Below are positions 62,040 through 64,000 of a stretch of 64,000 nucleotides of DNA, in pieces. Both the position numbers and the translations under genes were made by a program. The notes under the pieces were generated by a model. It saw nothing but the letters and a program-made list of their open reading frames with translations, had not been told where the DNA came from and did not search any database. Each line of letters opens with the position of its first letter. Positions within the stretch are counted from its first letter, which is position 1. This DNA is from Candidatus Krumholzibacteriia bacterium (GTDB taxonomy: Bacteria; Krumholzibacteriota; Krumholzibacteriia; Krumholzibacteriales; Krumholzibacteriaceae): positions 416,001-480,000 of the forward strand of contig CAWIIQ010000001.1 in assembly GCA_963836185.1 (NCBI GenBank). Reading direction: 5' to 3'.

Positions 62040-64000
62040 ATGATGATCAAGCATTCCAATAAGATGCTAGCCTTGTTTCTTGCGGCGGTGTTATTCATGA
62101 TCGTGTTTTCAACCGCGCATGCCGGCATCATATATGTCGATGCGGGCGCCTTACCCGGAGGCGACGGCACGACGTGGATCACGGCATATGACAACCTTAA
62201 TGTGGCTCTTGCAGGAGCCTCGACCGGCGATTCGATCTGGGTGGCGGAAGGCACTTACTATCCCCATGCGAGCGACAGGGATGTGAGTTTCACTCTCGCC
62301 ACGGGTGTTGCTCTTTTCGGGGGCTTTGCCGGCGGTGAGACGAGCGTTGCCGAGCGCGACTGGATGACGAATGTGACGATCCTCAGCGGCGACATCGGCC
62401 TCGGCGATGACGACAGCGACAACAGCTACCACGTCGTCACCGGCATCGACGCCGATTCTACGGCCGTGCTCGACGGATTCACGATCACTCTTGGAAATGC
62501 TGACGGCGCAGAACCAGATAATCTGGGTGGGGGGATCTACCTCTCGGGAGGCAATCCGGTTCTCACCAATCTGATCGTGACGGAAAATTCAGCGAGCAGC
62601 TACGGCGGAGGGCTGTATTGCTACGACATCCTCGCCACGATATCTAACGCGGTATTTTCCGATAATTCGGCGGATGTTGGCGGTGGTGGGATGTCTATCA
62701 ACGAAAGCGCGCCGACAATAGTCAACTCGATATTCATCGGGAATTCATGCGCAGGCCGCTGGAGCGGAGGCGGGGGGCTAGGCAGCAACTTATCTACCAC
62801 GACCCTGATCAACGTCACCATGGTAAATAACGACGCTGGAACCGGGTACGGGGGGGCAATGTCCGGCTATATAGCTACACCCAGGTTGATCAATGTGATT
62901 ATCTGGGGAAACACGGCGGAAAACTCCTACAATCCCCAGATCTGGAACAACACCAGCACCCCGGAGATATCATACTCCCTCATAGAGGGATGTGGCGGCA
63001 GCGGAGGAAGCTGGGACGGTACTTACGGCCTGGACTTGGGCAACAATATTGACGAGGCCCCGCTGTTTTTAGATGAAATCAGCGGTGACCTGAGGCTGAA
63101 AGCCGTCTCTCCGGCCGTAAACTCGGGAAACGATGCAGTTCCCGGACTGCCCGCGGTGGACTTTAATGGCGATCCACGCATAGCCGGGACCACAGTCGAC
63201 AGGGGAGCGTACGAGAGGCAGTGTCCTGCCGGGGCGATCGTTTATGTCGATAAAGACGCGGCAGGCCTTAACGACGGCTCGTCCTGGACCGATGCATTCA
63301 CCGACCTGCAGGAGGCACTCGAGTGGGCGACTTGCGCCGGCGTGGACGAGATCTGGGTCGCGGATGGAACCTATCTGCCCACCGGGGGCTCCGACCGCTC
63401 CGTCTCATTCCAGCTCGTAAACGGCGTCACTCTGTACGGAGGATTCTCGGGCATGGAGACGAGTGCGGCCGACCGGGATTCACTCGGCGGCGGAACGATA
63501 CTCAGCGGAGACATTGGCCAGCCGGGCTTCGACGAGGACAACAGCTATCATGTCGTTGTCGGCAGCGGGACAGATTCGACGGCCGTGCTCAACGGGTTCA
63601 CGGTCACAGCGGGATACGCTGACGGAAGCGATACCGATGGGTATCGGCGCCGGTATGATCAATTCTTACGGCAGCCCCACTATCGCCAACGTGATATTCG
63701 CGGATAATTTCGCCGGCGTTATCGGCGGCGGTATGTACAACGACAACAGCAGCCCGAAGATCATCAACGCACTGTTCACCGGGAATCATGCCGATTACTG
63801 GGGCGGAGGCGGGTTGTTCAACGACTTCAACAGCAGTCCGTTAATTGTAAATACTGTATTCACGGAGAATACGGTCAGTTACTGGAATGGCGGAGGGGGA
63901 GCGGTTTCAAATTCACACGGCTCCACTCCTACGCTGGTCAACGTAACCATATTCAACAACCATGCTTATGATAGCCACGGCGGTGCCATTAACAACTATC
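62040..64000 (+). CDS. Secreted repeated beta-helix (Pmp-like/choice-of-anchor Q) protein, partial; frameshift near 63645
   Basis: Signal peptide after SD, two units of IYVD..G.DG.SW..A..L..AL..IWVA.GTY...TILSGDIG..DNSYHVV; runs off the window end. Confidence 0.8.

Overview
Bacterial DNA, mostly GC-rich with an AT-richer left end (~1-6.4 kb). At least six large secreted proteins end in a FlgD-Ig/T9SS-type-A-like tail (QNxPNPFNP...SGxYFYR...KKMVLLR). This suggests an FCB-affiliated, non-Bacteroidota lineage such as Krumholzibacteriota or Latescibacterota (inference only). Many genes are split by single-base indels, most plausibly from long-read or polishing errors. The most interesting locus is 2260-6394: a membrane-anchored, AAA-less Lon-type Ser-Lys protease with an extracytoplasmic FG-GAP-like domain, translationally coupled to a divergent sigma-factor-like gene and followed by a soluble HxxxCxxC anti-sigma-like protein with an internal LAA motif. 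This looks like a CalpL/CalpT/CalpS-style proteolytic cascade wired to an outside signal instead of CRISPR. Other content: an NPP1/Vps62-like gene whose 3' end is duplicated around a beta-helix gene; a PPOX plus PEP-utilising enzyme pair; a CHRD-DUF4397 repeat operon with mirrored operator arrays and a NarL-type two-component system; a glutamate 2,3-aminomutase-like/ATP-grasp/M20 operon; a sigma54 two-component locus with visible enhancer palindromes and a -24/-12 promoter; an S41 peptidase; an RRM protein; an M6 protease; two tandem giant (~3400-3900 aa) paralogues; and a truncated beta-helix protein. No rRNA, tRNA, CRISPR array or intact transposase was seen.
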